Position numbers and translations under genes: made by a program. A DNA stretch of 64,000 nt from the human T2T-CHM13v2.0 reference genome, Homo sapiens. The notes below the pieces were generated by a model. It was not told the origin of the DNA. It did no database searches and saw nothing but the letters and a program-made list of their open reading frames with translations. Below, piece by piece: positions 40,688 to 54,690 of this stretch (the stretch's first letter is position 1; every line of letters starts with the position of its first letter). The stretch is taken from the NCBI RefSeq assembly GCF_009914755.1, contig NC_060929.1, one strand, 5' to 3'.

Positions 40688-43600
40688 CTTCCTGTTGAAC
40701 ATTTATGCTTATTTCTATTTTTTCCAAATGACAATGCTGCAATATTTTACATAACTCTTTGATGTTACCCTCTCTATTTCTCTATGATAGATCACTGGAA
40801 ATGAATGATGAGTCAGATAGAGTATCAATTCAAGTCCAACCAGGAAAACAGAAAACTCCCTTTACATTTTTGTAACAGTGTGGGAATTAATGCAAAAAAA
40901 AAAAAAAAAGAAAGATTACACAGGTGCTAGAATTCACTGCAGAGCCAACGGGGAAGGCGAGGCAATCCAGAGTTTAGGAGTGAAGCCGCTGCCATTCCTG
41001 TGAGCATCAGGAGTTGTGGGCATCAGATGGGATCTAGAACCATGACAAGCCTGGTGGTCACGAGCTGGATCTTCAGCAGTGACTTTCAGAGGTGCCACCT
41101 GAGGTAGAGCGTGGGGACCCACCTTCTCCTTTCCTCCCATCTCCAAGCTCTATACCAGTGTCCCCATGGCACTGTATAATATTTTCCTCTAATTTCAAAG
41201 GCAATAGATACTACTGTGGGAAATCTGGAAATTAGAGAAGCAACCAGAAAAATATTGAAGTCCTCTCTGATCTTACCACTCAGAGGCAACCACTGTTAAC
41301 ATATATGTGTATATATAGTTCTTTTATGAAGTTATAGTATTCTATACATGCTATTTGATAGCTTCACTTTTAATTTTAACAATGCATTGAGAAAATAATA
41401 AAACATTTCAAATATTAAATCATTTGATAGCATTCTATAATATAGGTATATTATAGTTTTAACCTGTCTCCTGTTATTAAACTTTCTGGTTGTTTAAAAT
41501 CTTAAAGATAAAGAAGATGATAATTTCAGATGGTGATAAATGCTATGAAAACAAAAACATGGTATTTGGGGGAAAGGGAGACTACTGTAGACCTAGCAGT
41601 CAGGGAAGGTCAAGAAGGGTGATATCTGAAGCTTGAGCCTAGCTGGAGCACGCCCGAGGGTGGGTGCTTTACCAAGTTCCACATGGTAGCCCCTAGAGCT
41701 GTGCTGGGCAAATTGGAGTGTTTGTATTCACTGTTTTGTGTCAGGGCTATTCAAAGCTACAGTATAAGCACCTATTTGGAACACCCATTTTATTGAAGGT
41801 TTTGGAGAAAACAATATTTTAAAACAGATTCTGATGTATTATTGAACAGAAAGAAGAAAATTCATATGAATATTTAAAACAAAACACAGAAACTCAGAGA
41901 AATGTCAAGCTTGCAGCAGACACTGGCCACTGAGACCCCTAACTCCCAAATTTGTAGGTCTGCAGTTCATTTCCTTGTGCCCTTCAGAGCACTTCCTTGG
42001 GAAAGTCTGAGAAATGCTGCAGACCTGCCATGTGCCTCATACACATTGAGCACCTCTATGGGTGCTCAATAAATATTCCAGACTTGGAATGGAATTATGT
42101 ATTAATTGCCCTGTTACATGCAAAGTGAGAGTTGCCATTTACAAGTGGCTCGTTTTGTTTCTGAATGTTGAAATTTCACTGGTACTTAATATTTGCTCTC
42201 CTGAACTCTTGAACTTACATCACTGTTAAAATATACATCATGATGCAACTCAAAAATCCAGCAAGGAATCCAACAGACTCTGCCTTCAGGTCCCTAACTT
42301 AGTGATTCAGCTGCTGGGGCACAAGCCCTCGGAAGTTCCTTTCTTCTTAGCTTGTATCCTCAAGGTTTAGCCCTGTTCAAGACTCATAGTAGGTGTTCAG
42401 TGTGTGTGCGTGTGTTAGTATTTAATGATGAGAGAATGAATAACACGAGAATGAACAGTATCTTTGAAATTAACCACATCAACACAACCAGTGTTATATA
42501 AATGCAAAAATAAGATAGGAATGATTTTCTCCCAGAATAGCATAATGAAATTACTGCCCCTTGGTAATAGTCTCAGAAACAGAGACTTGTCCTAAGATCT
42601 GAAATATTCCATAGGTGCTACAGTTTACTCTCCCAGGACAAGGGAGCCCCCCTAGGTCTCTGTCTAAATAGATTTCAAATAAAGCAATCCATTAATACAT
42701 CCAGTATTCGGACCAGAAGACAAGTCTCCTTAAGTAAATAAAAGCCTCCAGGAGCCTGCAGAAAGGCAAACTGTAGAAGAAGTTTGCTTATAACAATTTG
42801 CAGACAGTTCAGGCAGAGACAGCAGCTTGCTGGCTGCCCACCCTCAGGCCCACTCTAGGTGAGATATCAGAGGCTCAGGCAAATCAAAGGCACAGACTAC
42901 CTTTAAGTTCCCATCCAGGGAACTTAATTTATTGGGACTCCTGATTTGTATTTTACTTTCCTACATTAAGAAGGTGATGACAGAAAGGGCTCATGGTCAC
43001 TATAAGGGGTAGGAGGCATTTTGCAAATTTGTTGAGCCTTTTAAAGTGATTATCAGACATTTGTTTTCCAAAAGAGACAGACATAATCCACCCTAATACT
43101 TGCTGTCATGTCAGATGATATGCAAGTTGTGAAGGATGTCAGATAACAGAAGTTACGAAGGAAGGTGAGAGAAGAATCTTTTCTGATATTAGATCTAAAC
43201 CAGGTATTTCAGAGGGCACCTAGGAAAACAAGGCTGGGTAAAGGGAACTAGGGCCAAGACACTGTGATTGCAGAAGTGTGGCTGCCCCTAAGCAGGAGTG
43301 AGAAGGGGTCATTTGTACCGCAGACACCTCGGGCTGTTCTTGTCTAGAGTTTTCATGAAATTGAACTGATCTTCCTGGCGTGGTCTGGAGCTTGCTGTTC
43401 AAGAGTGGTTTTTCTTTTCTTCCATTTGAAGGCCAAACTGTTCAATGGGAAACCTCAGTGATCAACACCTATGCTAAGAGACCCCAACCCCAAACATAGA
43501 CTGGAGGTGCTGGGCTTTTTCCCAGCTAGTTTCTGCTGTTCCTTGCTCTTCTTGTCACATTAGTAGCCTGTAGTTGACTGAGACTTCCAGAAGAAGGGGC

Positions 43601-43731
43601 TACAGCTCCTCTTCCTCACTCTGCCCCACTGGTGCATCACTACTAATCTCATCTCACCACCCCAAGATGTTAAGAATTATGAGAATGTGAAAAGAGTTCC
43701 CTCTAAGTCTAAGAAAAGTCTTAGACTGGCA

Positions 43732-44830
43732 AGTCATTCATTCCACAAATATTTGTTGAGTTCTTATCCTGTCTCAGGTTTTGTTCTAGGAGCTGGCAGT
43801 GCAGCAGTGAACAACAAAAAATATTCCCTGCACACATGAGACTTATAATCTAGTTGAGAGAGACTGACAATAGCAAATAAATGTATGGTATGTTCGAAAG
43901 CAGTAAGTACTGTGGGTAAACTAAGGCAAGACAATGGAGGTGAAGCTGGGATGGACTGTAATATTTTAAATAGGTTGGGCAGGAAAGATGTCTCTGATAA
44001 ATGCATTTGACCAGACGCCAAAGACAGTTAAGAGAATGAGCAATGGGATAGCTGAGGAAAGGAAATTCTAGGGAGAGGAAATAGCAAGCACAAAGGCCTG
44101 AGTCCAGAATGCATGATGTCCTGTCCAAGGAGCAGCAAGAAGAATATGGTAGCGGGGAAATGAGGAGCATGGGAGACTTTTGCAGAGCTCTACCCAGAGG
44201 AGGATGGTGCTAGCTTGGACTCAGGTAGCAGTGGTAAAGGTAGTTGAGACATTGTCGTATTTATGATCGATTTTGAAGGTAGAGATTTCAAGATTTGCTA
44301 ATAGATATGAAAGAGTAGAGGATCGATAGGTTGGAGAAAGACATGTTTTAGACATCCAAATGGAAATGTAGGAAAGAGAGTTGGTTATCAAGGTCTGGAA
44401 TGCAGAGGAGATACTGTGGGTATTGGTGGAGTCTATGCAGATGGTATTGGGAGTGCAGAGAGAGGAGGCCCAAGGACTGAGCTCTAGGCACTCCAACAAC
44501 AAGAGGTCAGGAAGATGAGAAAGGGTCAGCAGAAGAGACTGAGAAGGAGTTGTTAAGGAAGAAGGGGCAAAGAGAAGGGAGAAGTGTCCCAAATCCAGGT
44601 GAGGAAATGTTTCAAGAAGGAAATTGTGATTAGCTCTGTCCAATGCTGAGGAACAAGTAAGCTGAGGCCAGAAGATGGGGCAACGTGGAGGTGAATGGTG
44701 ACATTAACAGAGTAGCTTTGGTGGAGTGTAGGGAGATGGCTTGAGAGAAAGGGGAGGAAGGAAGCAGAAACAGCAGGAAAAGATTTGCTATAAATGGGAG
44801 CAGAAAATGGGCAGAAGCTGGAAGACATGG
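43732..44830 (-). mobile_element. L2, long 3' fragment
   Basis: L2 terminus 'cattcattccacaaatatttgttgag'; 'ttttagacatccaaatggaaatgt'; 'gaggcccaaggactgagctct'. Confidence 0.85.
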
Positions 44831-46084
44831 GGTCAAAGGAATGTTTTCTTCATGATGGGAAGTAAGTGTTATTTTTTCTCCTATGTAGTGTTCATTTCTT
44901 TATTTATGACACAAGGGAGATAGGTTTGTTGTAGCCACATTAGAAAATATACAGATAAGAAAACAGGAAGAAGAAATTTATTGAAGAAACCTTTAATCGT
45001 ACCATGAAGACACATGAACTCTGTCAACATCTTGGTAGGCAACCTTCCGGACTTTTTTCCATGCTGTGCAAGCTGTTTAGTCATCTCCTTTTTAAACTGA
45101 ACAGTATAATTTCAATATCTCTTATGTCAACATGCATTTATGTCATCTTTATTAAATAGCTGCATAATATCTCATTTATTTGAATATACCTGGATTTGCT
45201 TAGTCAATTATTACATATTTAAATTGTTTCTTCTTTTACCTATTAAAAACATTCCTTTGTACCTATATTTTTGTGTACCTGTACAGTGATTTTCTTAGGA
45301 TGAATTTAGAAGTAGAACTATGAATCTATGCACATTTTAAAAAGATGTTTAACATTTTTTTAAAAGAGATGAGATATTTAGCATATTTTTTAAAAAGATG
45401 TTTAACATATTACAATAGCATAAACAGCAATGTGATATGTTTTCTATGGCTGCTGTAGAATGGAAAATTTAAAATCTCCAAGCTTTCAAATTCAGAAATC
45501 AAAGTGAAGCCAAAGGTCCCTAGGTTTTAAATAGCAGAATCATTCAGGAAGGGAGAAACATTGATTTGTTGGCACAAGGCTTTAAAAATAAATATTTTAT
45601 ACAAATGAAGGTAAAAGAATATATTCAAATCGGATATTTTGAAGACTAAGGAAACAAAACTTAATTTGAGGAAAGTTTTGTTTTAAATTGTCAAACATAT
45701 GCTTATTCTGTATCTTGTCATCATGAAATTCAGTCTGGGCTTGTTTGTCAGAAGCTTTCCAGTGAGATGGTGCCATTGCATACTGTTGTATAACCTTGTC
45801 TTGAGAGGATGATGCTTGCTTGTTTGTTTTTGTAGGAAATTTTATTGACATTGCATTTTTGTTAAAGGAAACTGAATTTCAATTTATTTGCCAATCGTGT
45901 AATTTTAACCCATTATCTATACCTGCACATAATTAATCTTGTTTTAATAAAAACAGGAACAAGTATAAAACTTGTTCTAATTCTCCTGGAAATAAGATTT
46001 CCCCCTCTGTATCAGTTATGGTAGATTCTTGGCTTTTTGTCTGACATCACAAAGACCTTTTTTTTTTTTTTTTTAATGATCTGG

Positions 46085-46265
46085 CACTGAGCAAAGTAGC
46101 ATAGTTTAGTAGAAAACCTTCATGTCCTGGTTCTGCTAATTTGACTGTGAGATCTGCAAAATGGAGATAATACCTGTCTCGAAGGTGTTCATTTCCATTT
46201 AAAAAGTATGTAAAAGCCTGGGAGCTTCTGCTGCTGGTCATTTCACAGGCACTCAATAAAGAGCT
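46085..46265 (+). mobile_element. MIR fragment
   Basis: 'atctgcaaaatggagataatacctgtctc...caggcactcaataaa'. Confidence 0.65.
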
Positions 46266-46918
46266 ATCGATTTATAATGTGTATCAGTTGCATCAGATCA
46301 TGTCAGCTTCAAGGAGTGACAGATGTCTTTATTTTTCTAAAACAAATTGTGACCCGAAGACCCCAAGTAGGGGAGTCAGTATCAGTCTAATATTTGTCAT
46401 TTTTCATGTTCACCCTTTCTTTTGGATTGCACTTGGACAGTGGCTCCTTATCAATGTGTCTCCAATTATGTGTGCATACACACATCCCTGTGTGTGTGTG
46501 TCTATTTGGAGGGAACAGGAAAGGAATCTGCCTATCAGATCACACTGGTCACCCTCAACATCATGGTTCCTTTTGCTGCATGCTGCTGGGGTGGAGAGCT
46601 GGCCCCCTGTTCATTGGTAAGACCACTCTAGACAGGTTTCACAGAGCTCCGCCTTTGCTAGAGTCTGGACGGAGGGACCTAGCTCTGCTCTGAAGGGCAG
46701 CAGAGTTGTTTGACATCTGGCCTCTGTAGGCAGCACACAGGTTGTATAAGTTGGATCTTGCCCCACGAGGAACTCACAAACCCTGTCTCTTTCCTAGTAT
46801 CTTGGAAACCAACAACCCCATAACACGCCCTTCTTTTACCTTCAAAATGAGTTTCTCCATGCAGAAGCAATCCCCAGGTCTTTAAAAATAAGGCCTCTTT
46901 GGAGTTGTCTCCCTGGTG

Positions 46919-46923
<5 letters not shown>

Positions 46924-46962
<39 letters not shown>
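46924..46962 (+). repeat. (TG)n microsatellite
   Basis: Directly visible, about 19 units. Confidence 0.97.
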
Positions 46963-46964
<2 letters not shown>

Positions 46965-47809
46965 GTCACTGAGGCATATGAAACCACTGTTAATTCCCTC
47001 TCAAAGATAAGAGTAAAACCCTAACTGCCTAGCTTTTATTTGTGGGAGAAGGGAGTATAATCATCTTTGTTTCTTTAGAAAAGTCTAGACTAAGAAGGAA
47101 CAAAAAAAATGCAACAATTAATATTACAGTAACTCATCTTGTTAAATATGAATTCATTCCAGACTCAAAATCAGGTCACATCTGGATTCCAAAGCTGACA
47201 TAGATGTGAACCAAAAGAAAATCACAGGGTGGCAGTGGGGAGGGAAGCATTTGTGCAGATTGGAGAGGCCATTTATAAAGGTGAAAGGCCGGAGCCTATT
47301 GCCTGTCTAAATGCTAAGGTCTAGACTCCCAGATTCTAAAATGCGGAAGGAATCATTGAGACTCGAACTTCCCTCCCCACTTAGAGATCTGTGTCTGACA
47401 TGCTTTGCCAATGAGTACTTTGTCTCACACTATGTGTGTATGGTAAGAAAGAGCTGACTTCTTCAGGAGACAGCTCATTCCATTGCTGGACAGAACAGTT
47501 TTTAATATTCTTCTGATCTTGAATTAAAAACATCCTAATGGCCACTTTTAGAATGAGTTTTGCTTTTCAAGAGTAATGTGGAGTAAGGGAAGCCCAGTGT
47601 TGAAACATTTAAAGCCAGTTGTTACATTCCACTTCCTGGATCCCTGAGTTCCCCAGTTTCTACAGCTGGAACCCCTTACCTCTCAGTACAGGCCAGTGAG
47701 GGACCAAGATGAAAGGACCTTGAATGCAAACCTCTTTGCTTCCAAATCAAGCAGTGTTATGGGTGGTTCTACTTCACCTGAATACCCTAGTTCTGATGAC
47801 TAACGATAA

Positions 47810-47859
47810 GAGCAGCATTAGCTGACAATTACATGTGCTGGAGTCACTGTTCTAAGTAC

Positions 47860-47896
<37 letters not shown>

Positions 47897-48028
47897 CGCT
47901 TACTCCTTGCAACTACCCTGAGGTAGGTACCATTTTTATCCCCATTTTACAGATGAGGAAACTGAGATCACATAGCTAGTTACTGGCACAACTGGGATGG
48001 CTTTAGAGTCCATGGGCTTAATCTCTAA
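47810..48028 (-). mobile_element. MIR containing a (TG)n microsatellite (47862-47894)
   Basis: 'atccccattttacagatgaggaaactgaga'; TG run visible. Confidence 0.8.
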
Positions 48029-48030
48029 GC

Positions 48031-48205
48031 CAGTGGTTCTCAAACGTGAGCATTTCTTAGAATCCCAGAGGGCCTGCTCAAACATAGACTGCTAGGTGTT
48101 TGCGATTCAGACGTCTTGTGGGAGGAGGAGTGAGGATTTGCATTTCTGACTAGTTCCTAGGTGCTGCTGCTGCCAGTCTGAGAAGGACATTTTGAGAACC
48201 ACTAC
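48031..48205. mobile_element. MER5A (hAT-Charlie)
   Basis: TIRs 'cagtggttctcaaa' / 'tttgagaaccact'; internal 'gatttgcatttctgactagttcctaggtg'. Confidence 0.85.
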
Positions 48206-48599
48206 TGTGTGCTCACTGAATCCAGCTCTTGATTCCCATTTTTGAGTGGCTTCCTTTGTTGCCTGCCTGGTACCCTGACTCCTCAGGGACTGGCTCCCTT
48301 TTCCCTCTAAGTCTACCAGAACATTGCTGGGTCCCCACTCTCTGCTCTAAGACGCCCCATACCACCTGCTTTCCTGGGCCTTTACCTATTGTCATCTGCA
48401 AGATGTGTCTGTTCTCCAACTGCCTTCCTGGCCTTCCAGGTGCTAGAAACTTCCTCCATCATAGCCACTTCGTCGGGGGTTAATCTGGCCTGTGGATTAT
48501 ACTGTGTCCTGTCCCTCCACAAACTGAGTTGTAGCGATGACAGATGTCACATGTACCTTAAAACTTCTGAATTAGATGGTATGGGTGCAGGGAATAGAC

Positions 48600-49320
48600 T
48601 CCAGAGACCCTGAGCAGCCCCACCGCCGTCCCGGCCCGGTTAACCTCACGCCCAGCCCTGGGAGGAGCCGCAAGTGCGCAGCGGGCGCCACTCGCCATCC
48701 CCGCACCCATGAGCAAAGAGGCCCAGGCCGAGCCGCCGCCGCGACACCAAACCCAGCACCAGGGGCAGCGCACAGGGATCGGTGGCCAGGGTGCCTCACA
48801 TCGGCTGCGCCTGCCCGCGAGGACAAGAAGGATGGGGTTTCATCAGCGGGAATGACACCAAGGAAGATGTATTTTGTACAGCAGACTGCCATAAAGCAGC
48901 AGCAGCTCAGGAATCACCTTCGCAGCGTGGTCGTGGAGAGCTGTGGAGTTTGGTGTTGAAGGAGCAAAGGGTGCGGAGGCGGCAAATGCCACGGGCCCTG
49001 GTGGCGGTCCAGTACGAGGCAGTACATGCAGCGACCGCAACCCTTTGAGACGCCATCCGCACTGCAGGCGCCTCGTGCACTTAGCAGTAGGATCAACAGA
49101 ATAGTGGGCGTGGGTGAAAAACAAGGGATGGGAGCGCGCCCAAGGGCCAGGCCCAACCACGCGCCGGCTGCAGGCGCAGGGCCCCACTTACCACCTGCGG
49201 AGACCCACGGGCGCGGACTACCACTCCAGCCCTCCTGCAGGAGCAGGGATGGGGGTGCCCACAGTCAGGCGCAGGAGAACAGGGTAGACCAGGGAGGCAG
49301 GATGTGCAGCCGGGACTCAC
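48600..49320. promoter_or_regulatory. CpG-island-like segment within the YBX1 retrocopy
   Basis: Visibly high GC and dense CpG (ccgccgccgcg, gcgcgcc, cgcgccggc) against a CpG-depleted window; exact obs/exp ratio not computed. Confidence 0.7.
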
Positions 49321-49693
49321 ACCCCAATTCTCCTCGCCAGAGACAGCCAGCAGTGGACACCGACCAAGACGATAAAGAAAATCAAGGGGCTAAGACCCAA
49401 GGTGAGCAGCCGCCTCAACATCAACTACCGACACAGACACCCAGAAAACTCTAAACCACAAGATGGCAAAGAGACAAAAGCAATCCATCAGCTGAGAATC
49501 CGGCTCCCAAGGCTGAGTAAATGCGGGCTTACCATCTCTACCACCATCCTGGTTATCATCCAACAAGAACAAAGGAATGCGAAATTCCAGCAACAAGAAA
49601 TGAACAAAAGATTGGAGCTGAAGATCTTAAGTGCTTGTTTTTTGTCCGTTGACCAGACAACTAGAACTATCTGCATTGTCTATGCAGCATGGT

Positions 49694-50310
<617 letters not shown>

Positions 50311-51446
50311 CAGACAGTTTTTAAAAAATTGTTTTTACCTGAAGACGTCTCTTTTTGGTAATAACAAACATTTTTTAAGCCCCCCCCCTTTTTTTTCAAT
50401 ATACCTTTAAAGATTTTTAAATTGTTTCATATCTGGTCAAGTTGAGATTTTTAAGAACTTCATTTTTAATTTGTAATAAAAGTTTACGACTTGGTTTTTT
50501 CAAAAAAGTCAACAAACTGTAAGGACCTGTTAATTAAAGTCTTAAATAATTTTTTTTAAAAAGGCTTCTGAGAACCTGTGATCTAGGTTAATTGTCCTAG
50601 GCCAGAGAAGTCTTAATGAACAGTGACTTCAAACCTGTGACTATCCAGAAGACCCTCCTCTGACCTTTCTCTAGGCCATGGAGGCTCAGAACTGGACATA
50701 GTGCACCACATGGAATCTGACAATTCACTGGGTTCATCATTTTCCTTCTTCCGGAATTTGATATTCTATTAATACTGCCTGTGATTGCATTAGTTTATCC
50801 TTTGGTGTGTATTCACTTTTTGTCCAAGACTTCCAAATATTTTTCAAATAAACTGTTTTCAGACCCTTCTTGCCTGCATCTTATGCTTACGTAAGTACTT
50901 TTTTTTCCTACCTTGACACAGGACTTTATAGTTATCCATGCTAACTTTCATCTGGTTTGTTTTTATATTGCATCAGCCAAAGTAATTTTTTTCTTTTTGA
51001 AATAAATCTTTTTTATTGTTTTTTAATGAAAGGAATATTTGCTCATTACAAAAATACTATGAAGTGCAGATAAACAAAAAATAACATTAAAATTTTATTA
51101 TGCCACTCACCCACAGTTAATCATTGTGAATACTTCGGTGTATATCTTTCCAGAATCTTAATAAATATCTTTCTAAATTATCCATAAACAAATTTCCACA
51201 CATAAATGACCCATAGCAGTAATTTTTAGATTCAGTCTTACATCTAGAGTATTTACTATTTCTTCTAGCTCTGAGTCAGCCACAAAGTGGCTTCTGTGTT
51301 TTTGTGCATGTTGTTGATAAAATATCGTATGGTATAAACAAAAACAGAATCCCGCCTCATAGCCCAATATTTTTCCCTCCGGAAGACTACTGATTCACAA
51401 TTCAGCACTTCTTGTGTAGCAGTTTTTAACCAGTTAGAAATTCACG

Positions 51447-51758
51447 GGCCGGACGCGGTGGCTCCTGCCTGTAATCCCAGCACTCTGGGAGGCCGAGGCG
51501 GGTGGATCACGAGGTCAGGATATCGAGACCATCCGGGCTAACACAGTGAAACCCCGTCTCTACTAAAAAATACAAAATATTTGCCGGGCGTAGTGGCGGG
51601 TGCCTGTAGACCCAGCTACTCGGGAGGCTGAGGCAGGAGAATGGCGTGTACCTGGGAGGCGGAGCTTGCAGTCAGCCCAGCCGAGATCGCGCCACTGCAC
51701 TCCAGCCTGGGAGACAAAGCGAGACTACGTCTCAAAAAAAAAAAAAAAAAAAAAAAAA
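51447..51758 (+). mobile_element. AluY
   Basis: 'ggatcacgaggtcagga', 'gagaatggcgtg', 'ggagcttgcag'; pure A tail; TSD aaattcacg / aaattcgtg. Confidence 0.95.
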
Positions 51759-51957
51759 TTCGTGTACTTGCACTCTTAGTCCAGTTTTCTATGTTATTCA
51801 GACGGATAATGTGAGGGGCCTTATCTGTTTAAGTTACGATAATATGCAGCCTACAGATACGATAATATGCAGCCTACAGATATGGTAATCTAACTCTTGT
51901 AATTCCCAAATAACCGGGCTTCATATTAAATTGACTATTTGTAGATTCCAAACTTCA

Positions 51958-52173
<216 letters not shown>

Positions 52174-52899
52174 CTATTCTTTTTGATTTTCCAAAAATTA
52201 ATGGCAGCGATTCTACAATTATTTTTATTAGTTCTTATGTCTTGAGCTAGAATGTATCCAAGTCTGAAGAATCAAAGTCTTTCACGAAGGCTCCTTGTTC
52301 TCTTACTATCTTGGCCCCTATCTTGGACTTCAGTGCAACCACGTTTGTTCTACACCTTCAGGTTTTGAAGCTTTCTCATTTTCATAGAGAAGACAGAAGC
52401 AAAATAGAGCTGTAAAGAAGTTCTACTCACCATCTTCCATTAGCTTTAGAACTTGAGCCTCATTACACAGTTCCGGCCATTTTCTCTCTGGTTGTATCCT
52501 ACAAAAGCCATTTTGATGCCTCTAGATTTTTTCATAAGCTTTGATTAATTTTTTTTCTTGGCTTCAGCCTTCTGGCTATAATTTCGACTCCTCTCCACCA
52601 ATCTTTCTTTTTTCTCCTAGTCAGGTACTACTTTTTGATCTTGTGTGTGTGTGATCTTTTACAATCTGATTCCACTGAAGTGGCCTTAGCCACTCATTTG
52701 CTTCCTTACCTTCCTGTCTGTTTTCTTTTACCCCAAGATCATTTTTTAAAAATAATATCTTCAGATTTTTTTATAGACTCTTAGGCCACTTCTCCTTTTA
52801 TATAAAGGCTCTAGCTGTATTAAAATACCTATCTCTCTCTTAAATATTTGAAATCTCAGATGCCTCATTCTGCTTTCTGTCTTCTTCTGGACACAATGG

Positions 52900-54690
52900 A
52901 GAGTGTATGGATATCATTCAATAAGGTTCTTAGGTTAGTAGCCGCAGAAACAGACTATGGCTACGGTAAACAAAAATGGAATTTGTTGGAGGGATTATCA
53001 AGAAGCTTAAAGCTCATGGTCAGAATCAGACTATACAACAGTCAGAACCAGGGTGGCTCCAGGAGTTTATTCAGCAAGAATTAATCTGTCCTGGTGCTAA
53101 TAAAAGAGGATTTCAAAAGTTCATGGAAAAACAAAATTGAAAGATAAAAATTACAAAATATAAACTTTATGTCTCAACATAAGCTCCATCAAGGTCAAGA
53201 CGCTTTTGTAAGCCATGATACCAGCCATTTAGTCCATCCTTAAAGAACTGAGGGCCCTGGAAATGTAACTATGTCAATGAAGTCTAATTTATATATTTAA
53301 CAGAATAAAAATGGGTGCCCTTTAAAAAATTTTTTTTAAGATTAGGAAACAAAGAGAAGTCAGAAAGAGCCAAATCAGGACTGTAAGGTGGATGCCTAAA
53401 GATTTTCCATCAAAACTTTTACAAAATTGCCCATGTTTGGTGAGATGAATGAGCAGGAGCATTGTTGTGGTAAAGAAGGACTCTCCAGTGAAGCTTTCCC
53501 AGGCGTGTGTTTGTGTGTGTGTGTTTCTGCTAAAGCTTTGGCTTTCTCGAGCACTCTCATAATAAGCAGACACTGTTGTTATTTGGCTCTCCAGAAAGTC
53601 AACAGCTAAGTGAGTTGAGCATCCCAAAACACTGTTGCCATGACCTTTGCTCTTGACTGGGCCACTCTTGGTAGCCATTGCTCTGATTGGGCTTTGTCTT
53701 CAGGATTGTCCTGGTAAAGCCATGTTTCATTTTCTGTTACAGTTCTTCAAAGAAATGCTTCAGGATCTTGATCCCACTTGTTTAAAATATCCATTGAAAG
53801 CTCTGCTCTTGTTTCAGCTGATCTGGGCACAACAGTTTTGGCACTCATTGAATGGAAAGTTTGTTCAATTTTAATTCTTCAGTCACATGTATAAGCTGAA
53901 CCAGTTGAGATGTTTGTGGTGTTGGCCATTATTTCAGCTGTTATTATCAGCCCTGTTCAATTAGGGCACTTAATTGTTGGCCCTCGTCAATTATGGCAAG
54001 AACAAGATGATTTTTTTTTTTTTTTTTGCAAATTGATGTGGATGGTCTGCCACTGCTGGCTTCATCTTCAACACGGTCCCATCCCTTCTTAAAATGAGTT
54101 ATCCATTTGTAAACTGCTGATTTATTTGAGGCCATAAACTTTTTGTATATTTTGTGGCCCCAAATCTTTAGAAAGCATCATTGTGCCGATAAACTTTTTG
54201 TAAAGCATCAATGATTTCACCATTCTTCCACCCAAGCTTCATCATAAATTTGATGTTTGTTCTTTCTTCATTTTTAGCAGATTTCATGTTGCTCTGATAT
54301 GGCCTCTTTTCAAACTGAAGTCTTATCCTTCTTCACATGCCTCAAACTAGACCCTATTCAGATATGTTGTAACAAGTTAGTACAAGTTTATTTTGGTACA
54401 CAAAATTGAAATTCACTCAGTTTTTTCATAATATTCACTTCCATGAACAATTTGAAGACACTTCATATACTTCAGATTAAAAATCTTAAGAGAAGCAGTG
54501 AGTCTGATTGGCCCAGCATAGGTCAGATGCCTATCCCTTGGCTAGGGGAGGCTAGGGAACTCTGATTTACATGTCCAATAAGGCTACAGGCAATGGGGAG
54601 GTGGTAATGCTCCCAGAGGAAATTGAGATGCAATTACCTGTAGTGGGGTGAATACATGATAGAATGCTGAAGAACAACCGATGTCCACTG
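52900..54690 (-). mobile_element. Old MLT1 (J/K-like) LTR split by HSMAR2 (parts about 52900-53100 and 54470-54690)
   Basis: 'aaggttcttaggttagtagccgcagaaacagact' and 'gagtctgattggcccagcataggtcagatgcctatccc...gatgtccact'. Confidence 0.55.
53103..54465 (-). mobile_element. HSMAR2 mariner transposon, near full length, defective
   Basis: TIR remnants 'ttcaaaagttcatggaaaa' (left) and 'ttccatgaacaatttgaagac' (right), TA flanks; ORF 53947..54135 KSAVYKWITHFKKGWDRVEDEASSGRPSTSIC is the mariner HTH region. Confidence 0.93.

Noticed and set aside
43764-44836. Several 68-140 aa minus-strand ORFs
   Set aside because: Lie in a decayed L2; low-complexity Ser/Leu/Pro content with no continuous reading frame
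53322-54135. Transposase-like ORFs
   Set aside because: Fragments of defective HSMAR2 with frameshifts, a poly-T expansion and an insertion; no intact transposase
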